Shown here piece after piece: positions 18,000 through 28,645 of a DNA stretch of 64,000 bases. The stretch comes from Trypanosoma brucei (Eukaryota), in NCBI GenBank assembly GCA_000002445.1, contig CP000066.1, positions 1,568,001 through 1,632,000 of the forward strand, given 5' to 3'. The notes beneath the pieces were generated by a model, which did no database searches, was not told the origin of the DNA, and saw only the letters and a list, made by a program, of their open reading frames with translations. The stretch's first letter is position 1. Each line of letters starts with the position of its first letter. Position numbers and translations under genes: made by a program.

Positions 18000-19472
18000 A
18001 TGCGCATTGGGAAGTATTGCGTCGTTTTTCTGCTAGTGTGGACGCAAGCAACCAAGAGAAGCGTGGGAAAACCCACAAATATTATAAATCAGGAAGAATT
18101 TAAAGCATTATGTGCTTTCGTGAATTTGGCGAATGAATCGGTAGACTACGCAGGTCTCGAAGCCGAAATCAGGGACGCGGCAGCAGATATCGGGGCTATT
18201 TTTCTTGCGTCGCAGCAAGAAAGCATTTCGAAATTGAGGGAGCAAATTGAGATCTGGCGCGAGGTTGAAGCAACCAATAACGGAGGGAACAACCGAGGCA
18301 TTAAAAAGTGGAGTGTTTGGGAGGAAGCGAGAAGAAAGCTAATAGATGAAGGCGGAACAAAATATGTGCAATGGGTTGAATTGGGCTTGAGTGATGCTGA
18401 GAAGCAGAAGATAGAGGAAGCTATGGATGAGACAGTCAAATGCATGGCGGAGGAGAACGGCTTGTGGGACACTTTGCGGGAAATGCCAGTAAAAGGAAGT
18501 ATAACAAAAGCAATATTCGGATCCAGGGAAAGGCAAGTGCAGATTATGAAAGGACGCGGTAGCCGCGAAACCGCTTGTGGCAGGGGATTATTCCCTGGAG
18601 ACTGGGCGGGCACGGCATTGAGCGCTGACTTACTGTGCCTGTGCGCCGCTACGGAACGCAGGGCCGCCACCAACGAGGGTTGCTGCACAGGATGCGAGAC
18701 AGGGGGAAATGGCGTTGCTTGGGATCCAAGGGTGCATAGTGAGGAGAGGTGGAATTTGCTTAGAAGTAAATGTGAAAAGGTCAGCAGCGGTACTCCCCTT
18801 TCAAGTCGAGCGCTGTCGGTTGCGGAGAGTACATTTTTCAACCAACTGAAGATCTCAAAAGGGTCAACATCAGGAAGACCAACGCTACTGGGTAAATTTG
18901 GAACTAGCTTTTCCGTGGGTTGTACCGGGGAAATCACCGAGAAAGAGGGACGTTGCGTTCGGTATAGCCACAGCCATGTTGACAGAAATAATCCAGCGCT
19001 ACCCTGGCTTACAAACTTAAGGGAGGCGGCAAATGCAGTAGATCAGTTGAATGCAGTTGATACAAAGCTCAAACATCTACGCGTTGGTATAGCCACCTTC
19101 CACACGAAGCATGTTGATTTTAAATCGCGTGAAAAAGGAAACGGCGGCGACCCTATTCTGGGAAGCGGTGGCGTAGAGGGTGAAGTTAACACCAATGAGT
19201 CAACGAAGGCGAACACAAACGATGGTAGAGCAAAAAAGGCTGGTGAAAGCAAAAGAACACCTGTCGACAACATTTCACATAAATGCGAAGGTTATAGGCA
19301 GGGAAAAACATGCAAAAGTCGAAAAGTGGAAACGGAATGTGACTGGGAGGAGGGTACATGCGTTGGCTCTGCCAGTGAGCCAGTCACTTCGCCTCTGAGG
19401 CAAAGACCACCTACTTCAGGGAAGGTAAACTCCATTAGATGCTCACTGAGTTTGTTTTTAATACTATTATAG
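18000..19472 (+). CDS. VSG-related (variant-surface-glycoprotein-like) protein
   Basis: 490 aa, with an N-terminal hydrophobic signal. The N-domain is helical and rich in A/E/L, and carries a ...SADLLCLCAATE... motif. The C-terminal block CEGYRQGKTCKSRKVETECDWEEGTC is Cys-rich and ends in the hydrophobic tail SIRCSLSLFLILL, consistent with a VSG C-terminal domain plus GPI signal. Length and layout fit a T. brucei VSG. Confidence 0.5.
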   Translation: MRIGKYCVVFLLVWTQATKRSVGKPTNIINQEEFKALCAFVNLANESVDYAGLEAEIRDAAADIGAIFLASQQESISKLREQIEIWREVEATNNGGNNRGIKKWSVWEEARRKLIDEGGTKYVQWVELGLSDAEKQKIEEAMDETVKCMAEENGLWDTLREMPVKGSITKAIFGSRERQVQIMKGRGSRETACGRGLFPGDWAGTALSADLLCLCAATERRAATNEGCCTGCETGGNGVAWDPRVHSEERWNLLRSKCEKVSSGTPLSSRALSVAESTFFNQLKISKGSTSGRPTLLGKFGTSFSVGCTGEITEKEGRCVRYSHSHVDRNNPALPWLTNLREAANAVDQLNAVDTKLKHLRVGIATFHTKHVDFKSREKGNGGDPILGSGGVEGEVNTNESTKANTNDGRAKKAGESKRTPVDNISHKCEGYRQGKTCKSRKVETECDWEEGTCVGSASEPVTSPLRQRPPTSGKVNSIRCSLSLFLILL

Positions 19473-22400
19473 TCATCGTGAGCGAAACCATTATTAAGAA
19501 TGGTTTAGGTTATAAAATGGTTTAGCTAACTATTTTATTCGATCTACAGGGGGAGATATGTGTTCTTACTTTATTATGTAGGACTGCTTTTGGTGGTTAT
19601 CATGATTATGTTCTTTCAGTATGTAGGCTGCCGCTGGAACCCACACATTTAAGCTGATCATGCCTCCTATGGAAGGTTTTATGGGGGTAAAATACAGGGT
19701 GTTGTGGACTAGTTTTACCTCGAAAGGGGAATGTACATCAAGAATCCGGGGGCTGTCCTTCATATCTATTTGCTCCCTGTGTGCAACTCGTTTGCTGTGA
19801 AGAAGAGTGGGGCGTTTATTCACTATTTTGTTTTTTTCTTTGCGACAACGTACTCCGAGTACTAAGGATGGACATCCACTGAGAAGTTATACGCTGGCTG
19901 GTATATGCTTTTGGTGGAGTCTATGTATACCTTGGCGCATAGAGATGGCGAAGTTGGGAAGGTGAGCGCGTTGTGTTGTCTTTGGTAAGCTAGTATACTG
20001 CTGTAAAGCGAGTTTTAATGACGGGGGAGTATTTACGGTGCGGGTATTATGTTGCTTGGATTGCATTCTTAGGAAAATTTGGACGGAGAAGTGTTCAGTT
20101 GGGAAGATTATTACCACGAAATGGAGTGGCATTCGCGAGTGTGTGCAGGAAAATATATCCTCGTAGAAAGTGTGCTGATGGGACAGTACATTTTCGTGGG
20201 GAATATAAGGCTCTTTACCACAGTATTTTTGTTGCGGGGATAACTGGTTACTCACTGGCACCAAGTGCCGCCAATCTCAAGCTCATGTCGTTGTTGGTGT
20301 TGCCTCTTTCAGTGAGAGGCAACGGCACAGACGAAGGTACATCAGCGGGTAGTGTTGCACAGCGCATAGGTTAAGGGGAATTCATTTCGGTAAGGAATTC
20401 CGCTAAACACCGGCAGCTCGAAAATTACGCACCGCTAAAGTGATAGTTGAAGCTTCAACCGCCTAAAGTTACCGTTGGAAAACAAAAATGCAATATGTGC
20501 AACAGAGGTCTTGTTTGCACATGGAAATGGGCCTGTCTTACCGTTGAACTTTCCGGCGATTTTGGAGTCACACGGCTGCCAGCCCGTCAGGTGTGCAACC
20601 AAAAGGCAACCTCACTCTGAAGAATCCCACTGCCGCATTTGCAGGTGGTAAAACTGCAATGGATAGCGGTACGGAACCGACTTCAGAAGAACGAACTGCG
20701 AGGCATAACAGCGGGGGAACGGGCACCAAGGGAGAAAGAAGCAAGGTGGTTTTCCGTGCCGCAGGGTATGTCGCTCCAGGGAAACAGGTATCTAGTTCGA
20801 CTCCTGCAAACTCTCTTAACAGCGGCGCTTGTTCCTCGCCCCATATCACCACTGACCGAGGAGCAAGCATTTTCCACTCCTCATCATACCCAATCTATCA
20901 TACAACGAATCCGATTGTTATGTCCTTTTTATACCATATAAATATATCTTCTCTTTCAAAGCAGTAAAGTGCTGGAGGAGGTCAATACGGAAACATTTAT
21001 AATTATAAAAATTGTTTCTACGAATCATTTTTCTAGAGGAAGTGCATAGAGATGCCAAATTACCCTAACCCGAACCAATTGAAGAATGTTTGAATGTGCT
21101 GAAGCACTCTCTCAAAAGATGGAAGAGGAGGTACGACATTGCCCAAATAATACAACTCCGTGTTGAAAGTAGTGAATTGAAGTACAGGCACGGATCAACA
21201 TTAGCTCGCATCAGTTTTCACGCTACAAACTAAGTCTTTTAATTGGGTTAGTGCAGCAGCCGAGATAAGCGCTGAGGTTATCAACTTGATGGAAGTAGTG
21301 TCTGTCACAAACAAACCTTCGAGGTGCGGAGCAGAGGTCTTATCGGCACGTATATTACAAATTTCGGGGAGAAAGGCTTAGGGAAAAGTAAGATTATCGT
21401 ACAAACACCCGTCAGTTGGGGGTTCGTCAAGAAAATATAAGTCAGATAGATTATAAATTAGGAATCGGGATGTATACATTTTTTTACATGATAAATTTTG
21501 GAGCAGCGGAAGTAAAGGTTTCCATGGGTAGAAGATGGGGATGTGCACGGCTAAGGTGTTGGTGTTTTTGATACTGGCATCCAGGTAGCAAGTGTAAAGG
21601 GTGCTAATTGTGATGAGTTGAAGATTCTTCGTGGTTTCCTGAGGCCTGTTTGGGGGTATTTAAATGTGGTTGACGAAGGAAGCAAGGAACGCGTTACAGG
21701 CACTTGAAACCAAGGAATCGAGTCCTTACTGGGGCGATATCCCATGGCACCGATAGGTTGTAGAACAGAAAGCACACATTCAATCAGCGACGAATGCAGC
21801 ATTTGTTCCGTGTGCGAGGAAAAAGTGAGCAACGTACTTAAAATAAACCCCGAAAACCCTTTGTCAACACCCAGGACAAAGCAAAGCGACTTGAGCAACC
21901 ACAAAGAATTGACGAATTTGGTCGAACAAGCCTCTGAGCTGTACATGAAAAACTCACTGAAAGTCAGAGTGACGGCAGAAGATTTTCAAAAGGATGCAGA
22001 GGAAATACTCTACGGTATAGAAGACAAAAAAAAGTCCAAAAGGTATGGAACTAAGAAGGGAGCAGGCTTGCGGTAAAGAAGTATCAAGCTGAAACAACTA
22101 CTTTCGGCGTGCGCTAACTATAGACCTGATGTGCTTGTGCTTTCCCCCAGAACTACCTTTAGCTGCCGCGTTGTGTTGCGATAGGTGCAACATGGAACCA
22201 AACACCGCGACCTGGGACGTAGAAACCTCCACCAAGATAACCGATTTTATGATCGAAAAATGTGGAGATTGCCCGCTTCCATAAGTGAGTTTTGTGAAAA
22301 CTATGAAGAAAAACTTCGTGAAGCTAAATGATCTCGGAAAGTTTAGGAAGAAATCCAGAGGAAAGGCTTTCTGTGCTGTAGGTTGGGACAATAGGGAAGA

Positions 22401-24951
22401 TATGCAGAGTTGCTCGGGAAGAACAAAGTCGGCAACCTGTGCGCAGTACAACACAAGCGAAGGAGGTCTTGCCTGGGGAGAGGTGTCTTAGCTAAAAAAA
22501 AAAACTAATGAAGTTACAAAATCAATTGCGAGATTTAAGACAATATGGAACTCAACGGAAAATGCAAGAGGCAACAACTAAACTGGAAAGGCAGATTGAT
22601 ACTTTTTCGAACAGGGAGGTTGACGAGGAACTGGAGCACATTCAACTGGTACAAAAACATGAGCCACCCGCAAAGCATCAGCATCCGTCTCCACGCGTGG
22701 AAGCAACGGAAGGTAATGACAAACAAGTCATGACCGAAAACTTAAACAGCAAGCCTAACGATAGAGTTAGGGCACATGCTGCGGAAGGAAACTCGGGGAA
22801 TCCTGTCTTGCAACAGGGAAATGAGTCCAAAGAAATCCCACATCAGCCACAGCGACCAAAAAGCGGCACCCAAATTGTTCCGCCTCTTAAGGTTCTTTTG
22901 CTTTTCCTGTAGAACAATACACAGGTTTTTATGTTCATAGTGATAACAGTTTGAACAACCAAATTCTCTACGGAATTCCGGAAGCTGACTTTCGATTGGA
23001 ACCACTATCCTATTTCCCCTTTCTGGAAAAGAACTACTGGTAACGAACAGAGCACACTCAGGCTCTACAGGATCAAACTCACTGGGAAAACTATTGTCAC
23101 TAAGGGTGAAAAAAAAAAATCGTGGAGCACCATCAGTGTACCTAATGGTTTCATTTGAGTGGCAAATAAATAAAATCAAAACATGAAGGAATGGGAAAGT
23201 AGTTCATTTCGGCGGAGTACGCAGAAGGTGCGAGGCTGTTGCGCTGTTAAAATAATATCTGAAACTCCACCAGAGTAGGCAACACTCGTCTTGAGAGAAA
23301 AATAACGGACATGTCACAAAAACAAATGAAAATTTCAGTCTATTGCCTATTAATCTTTTTATGATGGGTTGAATGTGAAACTACCGTAGATTTTTTCGTT
23401 CTGACTGACTGTAGGAGACAAAAGCACTTCAAATGCGCTCTCCGGCAATAACGGCCAGCGACGAGGTGAAGTGGAAGCTACAGTGAGTGACAGGTGCGTG
23501 AGAAGCGTTAACGTAAATGCCTTCGTTCACCTGTGTACAAAATGTTAAAACGTGACAAAGGAAGCGACCTCAGAAAAATACGTAAAAGTCGCGAGAACAT
23601 ATGGATCGACAAGGCAAAAAAAAACAATCGCTCAAATCCGAGATGGTGGAGGAGAGATCGAGTATTATATCGATAAAAACCACATCAGCGGTGCACACCA
23701 AAATAACGAGTGAAAGGCACACGTGAGCACAAAAGTGCGCGAGATCTAACCTAATTTAGCGGATAACCGCAGTGCTACTGCGAAAAGTAAAAGGGGACAC
23801 CTCACACCAAGAAAACAACTGTGTGTTTCGTGCAAGTTTAGAAGGGAAAATGGTAAGACCGTGACACAAAGGATCAGAGAAGTTTTCACAGTATTTTTAA
23901 AAATATGCACTCACAAAAGCTGCCGCACAAATCAGTGAGTTGCACCATAAAACCTCAAAAATATCCGCCGATAACACAACCGTGCGGTTAACCACCCGTA
24001 AGAAACAATGGACTGTGTCGCACCGGCGAAAAGGAGGTAAACAAGTTCAGAAATATGAAAAAAAAAAAGTGTATGTGACGTGCGACTGTTACATCCCTTA
24101 CAGAAGAATCAATACCCGTGACTACATTATGAACCCGGAAGTTGTATTAAGCGTCAGCCGGACGACTAAACCAGGGTGTGGCATGCATCACTAACCACAC
24201 ACGCATAAACACAAAGGGAAAGATTGCAAAATTATATCACAAGCCCCAAGGAAACACTCGAATACCATTGATCAACCAAAAACGAAGGAATGTCTAATAA
24301 CATGCAGACAGCCTTCACCAGATGGGATGTTGAATGCAGAGAGCGTTGGTTGGGAGTATATGGCATGAAAATCGTACGGACGAGAAGCAATCAAAAGTTA
24401 AATGTCACCCTTGGTGGTTCGGACAAACAGTAGTTAAGAAGTGGTAACAAGCACAAAGCGCAAAGAACAAAAGGAAGGGAGAATGATGCCAAAAAGTGAA
24501 GATGACGACCGCCGCTGAAGAGCGTGTGTATGTGACCTACAACCGGAGAAAAAAAAGGAGTCTAGCAAAAAAAAAAACGCAGCAGAGGATGCCGAGTCGA
24601 GCTAAGTTAAGGAGGGGGAAATAAAACTTGAAGCCAAAAGTACAAACCCGGAGAAGAGTAAATGTTCCCACACACTACCGGGTGATCGATCCGGAGTTAG
24701 CACCTAATTTCCGCTAACTCTTTCTCAAGTTATTACCATATTTTTACGAATATCGTTGTTTTAGCTTGCGAAAATTGTCCCGAAAGTCATCACTAGAACA
24801 AGAGTATTTTCCAGCTGCAACACCCCAAACTGTTGAGAAAAAAAAAGTTGCACCGTCTCACTTATAATAAAAAAATATCAAAAAATATATTGGAATTCAA
24901 TCAAGAACACCACTTTTCTTCTATTTATGTTTCCTTTTAAGAAGAGGAGCG

Positions 24952-25944
24952 ATGGAGAACAAATATTTAGTGTGGTGCATGTTTTTTTGTTTAACGGTTG
25001 TGGGGGGCAAAGCTAATGCAGTGAAAACAACGCTAAAGAAAGAAACGAATTGCCACACAACTGTTAAAGCACTGTTCAACAAACGTGAAAACTGTCATGA
25101 TCTGGCCTCCGATGCAACGAAAATAAATGAGGATGTTGACATCGGAACAGATGCAGATAGATGGACTGCTTGCACATGGTTAGAATATGATAAGAGGCGT
25201 ACGGAGACACAATGCATATTGAGGTTTAACAACACATATGGAGAGAAATTAGTATGCACCTACGAAACAAAGGGCAATCGCCAAGACCTAAGTTGCAAAC
25301 CAGAGGGTCGTTGCGAAGACGCTCGCGAGCGGTACCTTTTAGGGGAAGAAGGATGTCCGAAGCCTGCACCACGTGAAGAACCAAAAAGAAACAAAACCGA
25401 AAGGTGTCTTGATGAGGTTTATGGGTCATTCAGCGGTGACCAGGAGTGTGCGAAACTTAAAATAGGAAGCGAGGTCGCCGAGCAAATTATATTCAGGGAG
25501 AACGGAGATGACAAAACACCAGAATGTATAGAAGCAAGTGGCCCCCCAGAGTCGAAAGTGGTTGGAGAAGCATGCGTAATAAAGTTGCGAACCGAGCCAC
25601 ACCCATCAGAATATATTTGCAAAATGGAGGGTTCTGGTGAGGAAAGGAAAATAAAATGCACAAGAGAAACATCGAAAACAGTTCCTCAACCTACGACCAC
25701 AAGGAAGAGACGAGGCAGTACTGGATCCATGCGCAAAAGAAGTGACGACGGTGGTAACACTGAGGTCACCCTGAAAGAAGATAAAGACAAAACACAAGAT
25801 GAGGATGAAGGCCAAAAAGAAGAAAGAAAAGAAGAAAGCGGTGAAGAAACTGGTACAGCAAAAGCTCGAATCAAAAGCAAAACTTATTGGAAATCAAATA
25901 ATCCTATTATCATGCTTTTAACACTTTCGTTATTGTTGCTTTAA
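24952..25944 (+). CDS. Diverged leading member of the tandem surface-protein family (signal peptide, Cys-rich ectodomain, K/E-rich stalk, GPI-signal-like tail)
   Basis: 330 aa. It shares Cys spacing and motifs with the array genes (TQCILRFNN..CTYET, GEAC.IKLRT, ERKIKCT, WKSNNPIIMLLTLSLLLL), but the ectodomain is only about 40-50% identical. Its 3' flank is nearly identical to the flanks in the array. Confidence 0.7.
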   Translation: MENKYLVWCMFFCLTVVGGKANAVKTTLKKETNCHTTVKALFNKRENCHDLASDATKINEDVDIGTDADRWTACTWLEYDKRRTETQCILRFNNTYGEKLVCTYETKGNRQDLSCKPEGRCEDARERYLLGEEGCPKPAPREEPKRNKTERCLDEVYGSFSGDQECAKLKIGSEVAEQIIFRENGDDKTPECIEASGPPESKVVGEACVIKLRTEPHPSEYICKMEGSGEERKIKCTRETSKTVPQPTTTRKRRGSTGSMRKRSDDGGNTEVTLKEDKDKTQDEDEGQKEERKEESGEETGTAKARIKSKTYWKSNNPIIMLLTLSLLLL

Positions 25945-26389
25945 TACTGTTTAATAATAAACGGTAATGTAAACTGTTTGGAAGAAAGTATGCTTTTAAC
26001 GGAGAAGGGAAGTGAGTGTATCAAAACATTTTTCTTGTAAGACATACATTAAGGGAACATTTTTATGTTTTTTTTTTGTCACGCGTCACTGCTGTAAAAA
26101 AAACTTCTTGCGCTCAAGTTGTATCGAAAGTATTGAATTTTCAACGATGTTGTTCGGTGGGGAAGGTAAGGGGAATAGGATATATAGTTGTGTCGGGGAC
26201 GGCGTTCTGTTTGTTGAAAGGGGTAAAGAGAGGAAAAAACCCTACACCGGGTGAAAGTAACTGACTGATGAAGTTCGTTTGGATCGATAGACAAGTGGAA
26301 CTCGCCGCAAAAAGGTTGTAACAGCATTTAACCGGCACATGCGGCTTAGCGTTTTAGGTTGAGAAATGCACGTATAAAGGCACGGATGC

Positions 26390-26700
26390 TCAGGAAATAC
26401 CCTTATTTCTGATAACATAATTGGACGCTAAGCTAGAGAAGGCACAACACCAGATTCGAGAATACAACAGAAAAATGACGGGCGATGGCACCGACGAAGA
26501 GGAACAATTGAAGCGGGTCGCTGAAATCGATAACATCAATGCCCACGGCAGCCTCCTCTCGACGCGCGGACAAAACAAGAAAAAAAAATGCAGCTTCAGA
26601 AAAAAAAAAAAATGTTTCTTTGGGAAACCACTTGAAACTGTTGAGGAAAAGAGGGTTTGCCACGCCCAGCCGCTAATGATAATGTGAAATGGAAATTTAC
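26390..26700 (+). promoter_or_regulatory. Conserved ~300-nt intergenic element, a putative 3'UTR/processing regulatory element. It recurs after every array gene: 28268-28578, 30146-30390 (shortened) and 31961-32290
   Basis: The block starts about 450 nt after each stop codon and is near-identical between units. It contains an 88-codon ORF (MDAKLEKAQHQIREYNRK...) that is intact in three copies. In the copy before gene 3 the ORF is broken by a deletion, so selection is probably acting at RNA/DNA level rather than on a peptide. Confidence 0.3.
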
Positions 26701-26730
26701 AGTATCCATTTAACCTACAATATCATGATT

Positions 26731-26757
26731 CCTACACCTTTATCATTCTTCCTTTAG
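26731..26757 (+). promoter_or_regulatory. Polypyrimidine tract plus AG: probable trans-splice acceptor 11 nt upstream of the array-gene ATG. Equivalent sites are at 28609-28635, 30421-30447 and 32301-32327
   Basis: cctacacctttatcattcttcctttAG lies immediately before gcgaaaacaaaATG in every unit. This implies a very short 5'UTR. Confidence 0.45.
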
Positions 26758-26767
26758 CGAAAACAAA

Positions 26768-27829
26768 ATGAGGAAACAACATGTCATATACTACGTATTT
26801 TTCTGCTTAGGAGCCATAGGAAGCAGAGGAGAGACAGAACCAATAACAATACAAAAAGGAACGGAGTGCCACAAAGCATTGGAAACAGCGTTCACCACGC
26901 CCAAAAACTGTGAGAATGTAAGCACAGCGATAAGCGAAATGCCTGAAAATGTTAGCATTGAAACATTCCCGGGGGCATGGACCGTGTGTCAATTCATGGA
27001 AAACGAAAAAGAAAGCACAGTCACGCAATGCATTTTGAAGTTCGAAAACGCAGAGGGAAATCGAATAGCGTGCACCTACGAAACCGAGGGCGGACAAGGA
27101 AACGTAAGCTGCACACAGGAAGTGGATGCTCCGGTGGCTTATCATCCATACTGTGAGGGAGCCGAATACGATTATACTTATCATGACGAAAGCCACGGTC
27201 ATGGGAGCGGGGGCTATGAGCGGCGTTGTCCCGAGCCGGGTCCACGTCCTGCGCCACTGAATGAAGAAGCTCACAGGTGTGTTGCCGACGTCCTTGTTGC
27301 ATTTGGTGGTCACCATGAATGTGCAAAACTCTACGGCACAGATCCGGCACTCGATCCTGAAGATGTCATCTTCGGCGAGAAAGGAGATGACAAACCAAAA
27401 TGCACGGAGGCAGATCGACCCGAGGTGTCCACATTGGTTGGAGAAGCATGCGAGGTAAAATTGCGGACCAAACCAGAACCAGACGAATACTTGTGTAAGG
27501 TAGAAACCTCTAACGGTAAAAGAAAAATAAAGTGTACCCCCAAAACACCAAAAACAATTCCTCAACAAGCGGACACAGTAAAGAAACCAGATACCACTGA
27601 ATCCATGCAGAAAAAAGCTGACGATGGTGGTAAAACTGAGGTAACACCAGAAGTAAAAGATGGGCAAAAAGATGAAAAGGGTGGGAAAGAAAGGCAAGAA
27701 AAGCAAAAAATGGAAAATAATACTGGAAAAAGCAATGAAGCAGCGACAAACACTAAAACGCAGGCTTCTTCTTGGAAATCAAATAATCCTATTATCATGT
27801 TTTTAACACTTTCTTTATTGTTGCTTTAG
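26768..27829 (+). CDS. Tandem-array surface protein copy 2 (signal peptide, Cys-rich domain, K/E/T-rich stalk, GPI-signal-like C-terminus)
   Basis: 353 aa. Signal peptide MRKQHVIYYVFFCLGAIGSRG, more than 14 conserved Cys, and a stalk KKPDTTESMQKKADDGGKTEVTPEVKDGQKDEKGGKERQEKQ. The tail SSWKSNNPIIMFLTLSLLLL is a small-residue omega site followed by a hydrophobic segment. Confidence 0.75.
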   Translation: MRKQHVIYYVFFCLGAIGSRGETEPITIQKGTECHKALETAFTTPKNCENVSTAISEMPENVSIETFPGAWTVCQFMENEKESTVTQCILKFENAEGNRIACTYETEGGQGNVSCTQEVDAPVAYHPYCEGAEYDYTYHDESHGHGSGGYERRCPEPGPRPAPLNEEAHRCVADVLVAFGGHHECAKLYGTDPALDPEDVIFGEKGDDKPKCTEADRPEVSTLVGEACEVKLRTKPEPDEYLCKVETSNGKRKIKCTPKTPKTIPQQADTVKKPDTTESMQKKADDGGKTEVTPEVKDGQKDEKGGKERQEKQKMENNTGKSNEAATNTKTQASSWKSNNPIIMFLTLSLLLL

Positions 27830-28645
27830 TATCATTTAATAAACGGTAATGTAGACTGTTTTGAAGAAAGTATGCTTTTAACGGAGAAGGGAAGTGAGTG
27901 TATCAAAACATTTTTCTTGACAGACGTACATTAAGGGAACATTTTTATTGTTTACTTGCCATATTGCACTGCTAAAAAACTTCTCGTGCTGGAGTTGCGT
28001 GCGAAGTATTAGATTTCTTCACCGATTCTTTTTTGTAGCGAAGGTAAGGGGAATAGGATATGTAGTTGTGTCGGGGACGGCGTTCTGTTTGTTGAAAGGG
28101 ATAGCAGGAAGAGAAAACTCTACCCCGGGTGAAAGCAACTGACTTGTGCAGTTCGTTCGGATCGATAGACAGGTGGAAATCGCCGCAAAAAGGTTGTAAC
28201 AGCATTTGATCGGCACATGTGGTGTAGCGTTTTGGGTTGAGAAATGCACGCATAAAGGCACGGATGCTCAGGAAATACCCTTATTTCTGATAACATAATT
28301 GGACGCTAAGCTAGAGAAGGCACAACACCAGATTCGAGAATACAACAGAAAAATGACGGGCGATGGCACCGACGAAGAGGAACAATTGAAGCGGGTCGCT
28401 GAAATCGATAACATCAATGCCCACGGCAGCCTCCTCTCGACGCGCGGACAAAACAAGAAAAAAAAATGCAGCTTCAGAAAAAAAAAAAAATGTTTCTTTG
28501 GGAAACCACTTGAAACTGTTGAGGAAAAGAGGGTTTGCCACGCCCAGCCGCTAATGATAATGTGAAATGGAAATTTACAGTATCCATTTAACCTACAATA
28601 TCATGATTCCTACACCTTTATCATTCTTCCTTTAGCGAAAACAAA

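Noticed and set aside
18146-18937. A 263-aa minus-strand ORF inside the VSG-like gene
   Set aside because: It is an antisense shadow of a long sense CDS. It is low-complexity P/S/L-rich, and the sense frame has the coherent domain structure.
20568-20967. Overlapping 100-125-aa ORFs on both strands in a GC-rich patch
   Set aside because: Mutually overlapping frames with no motifs. This is most likely a chance consequence of local GC richness.
26421-26687. An 88-aa ORF (MDAKLEKAQHQIREYNRK...) conserved in the inter-genic element
   Set aside because: It is probably not protein-coding. The copy at 30177 has an internal deletion that changes most of the peptide, and the relic at 33940 is not in frame. 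Conservation is better explained at the nucleotide level. It is kept as a regulatory-element candidate.
26807-27706. A 299-aa ORF on the minus strand inside each array gene; it repeats at 28685, 30497 and 32377
   Set aside because: It is antisense to the K/E-rich stalk and Cys-rich domain, giving F/L/W/C-rich nonsense with no signal logic. It exists only because the sense strand is purine-rich and stop-poor on its complement.
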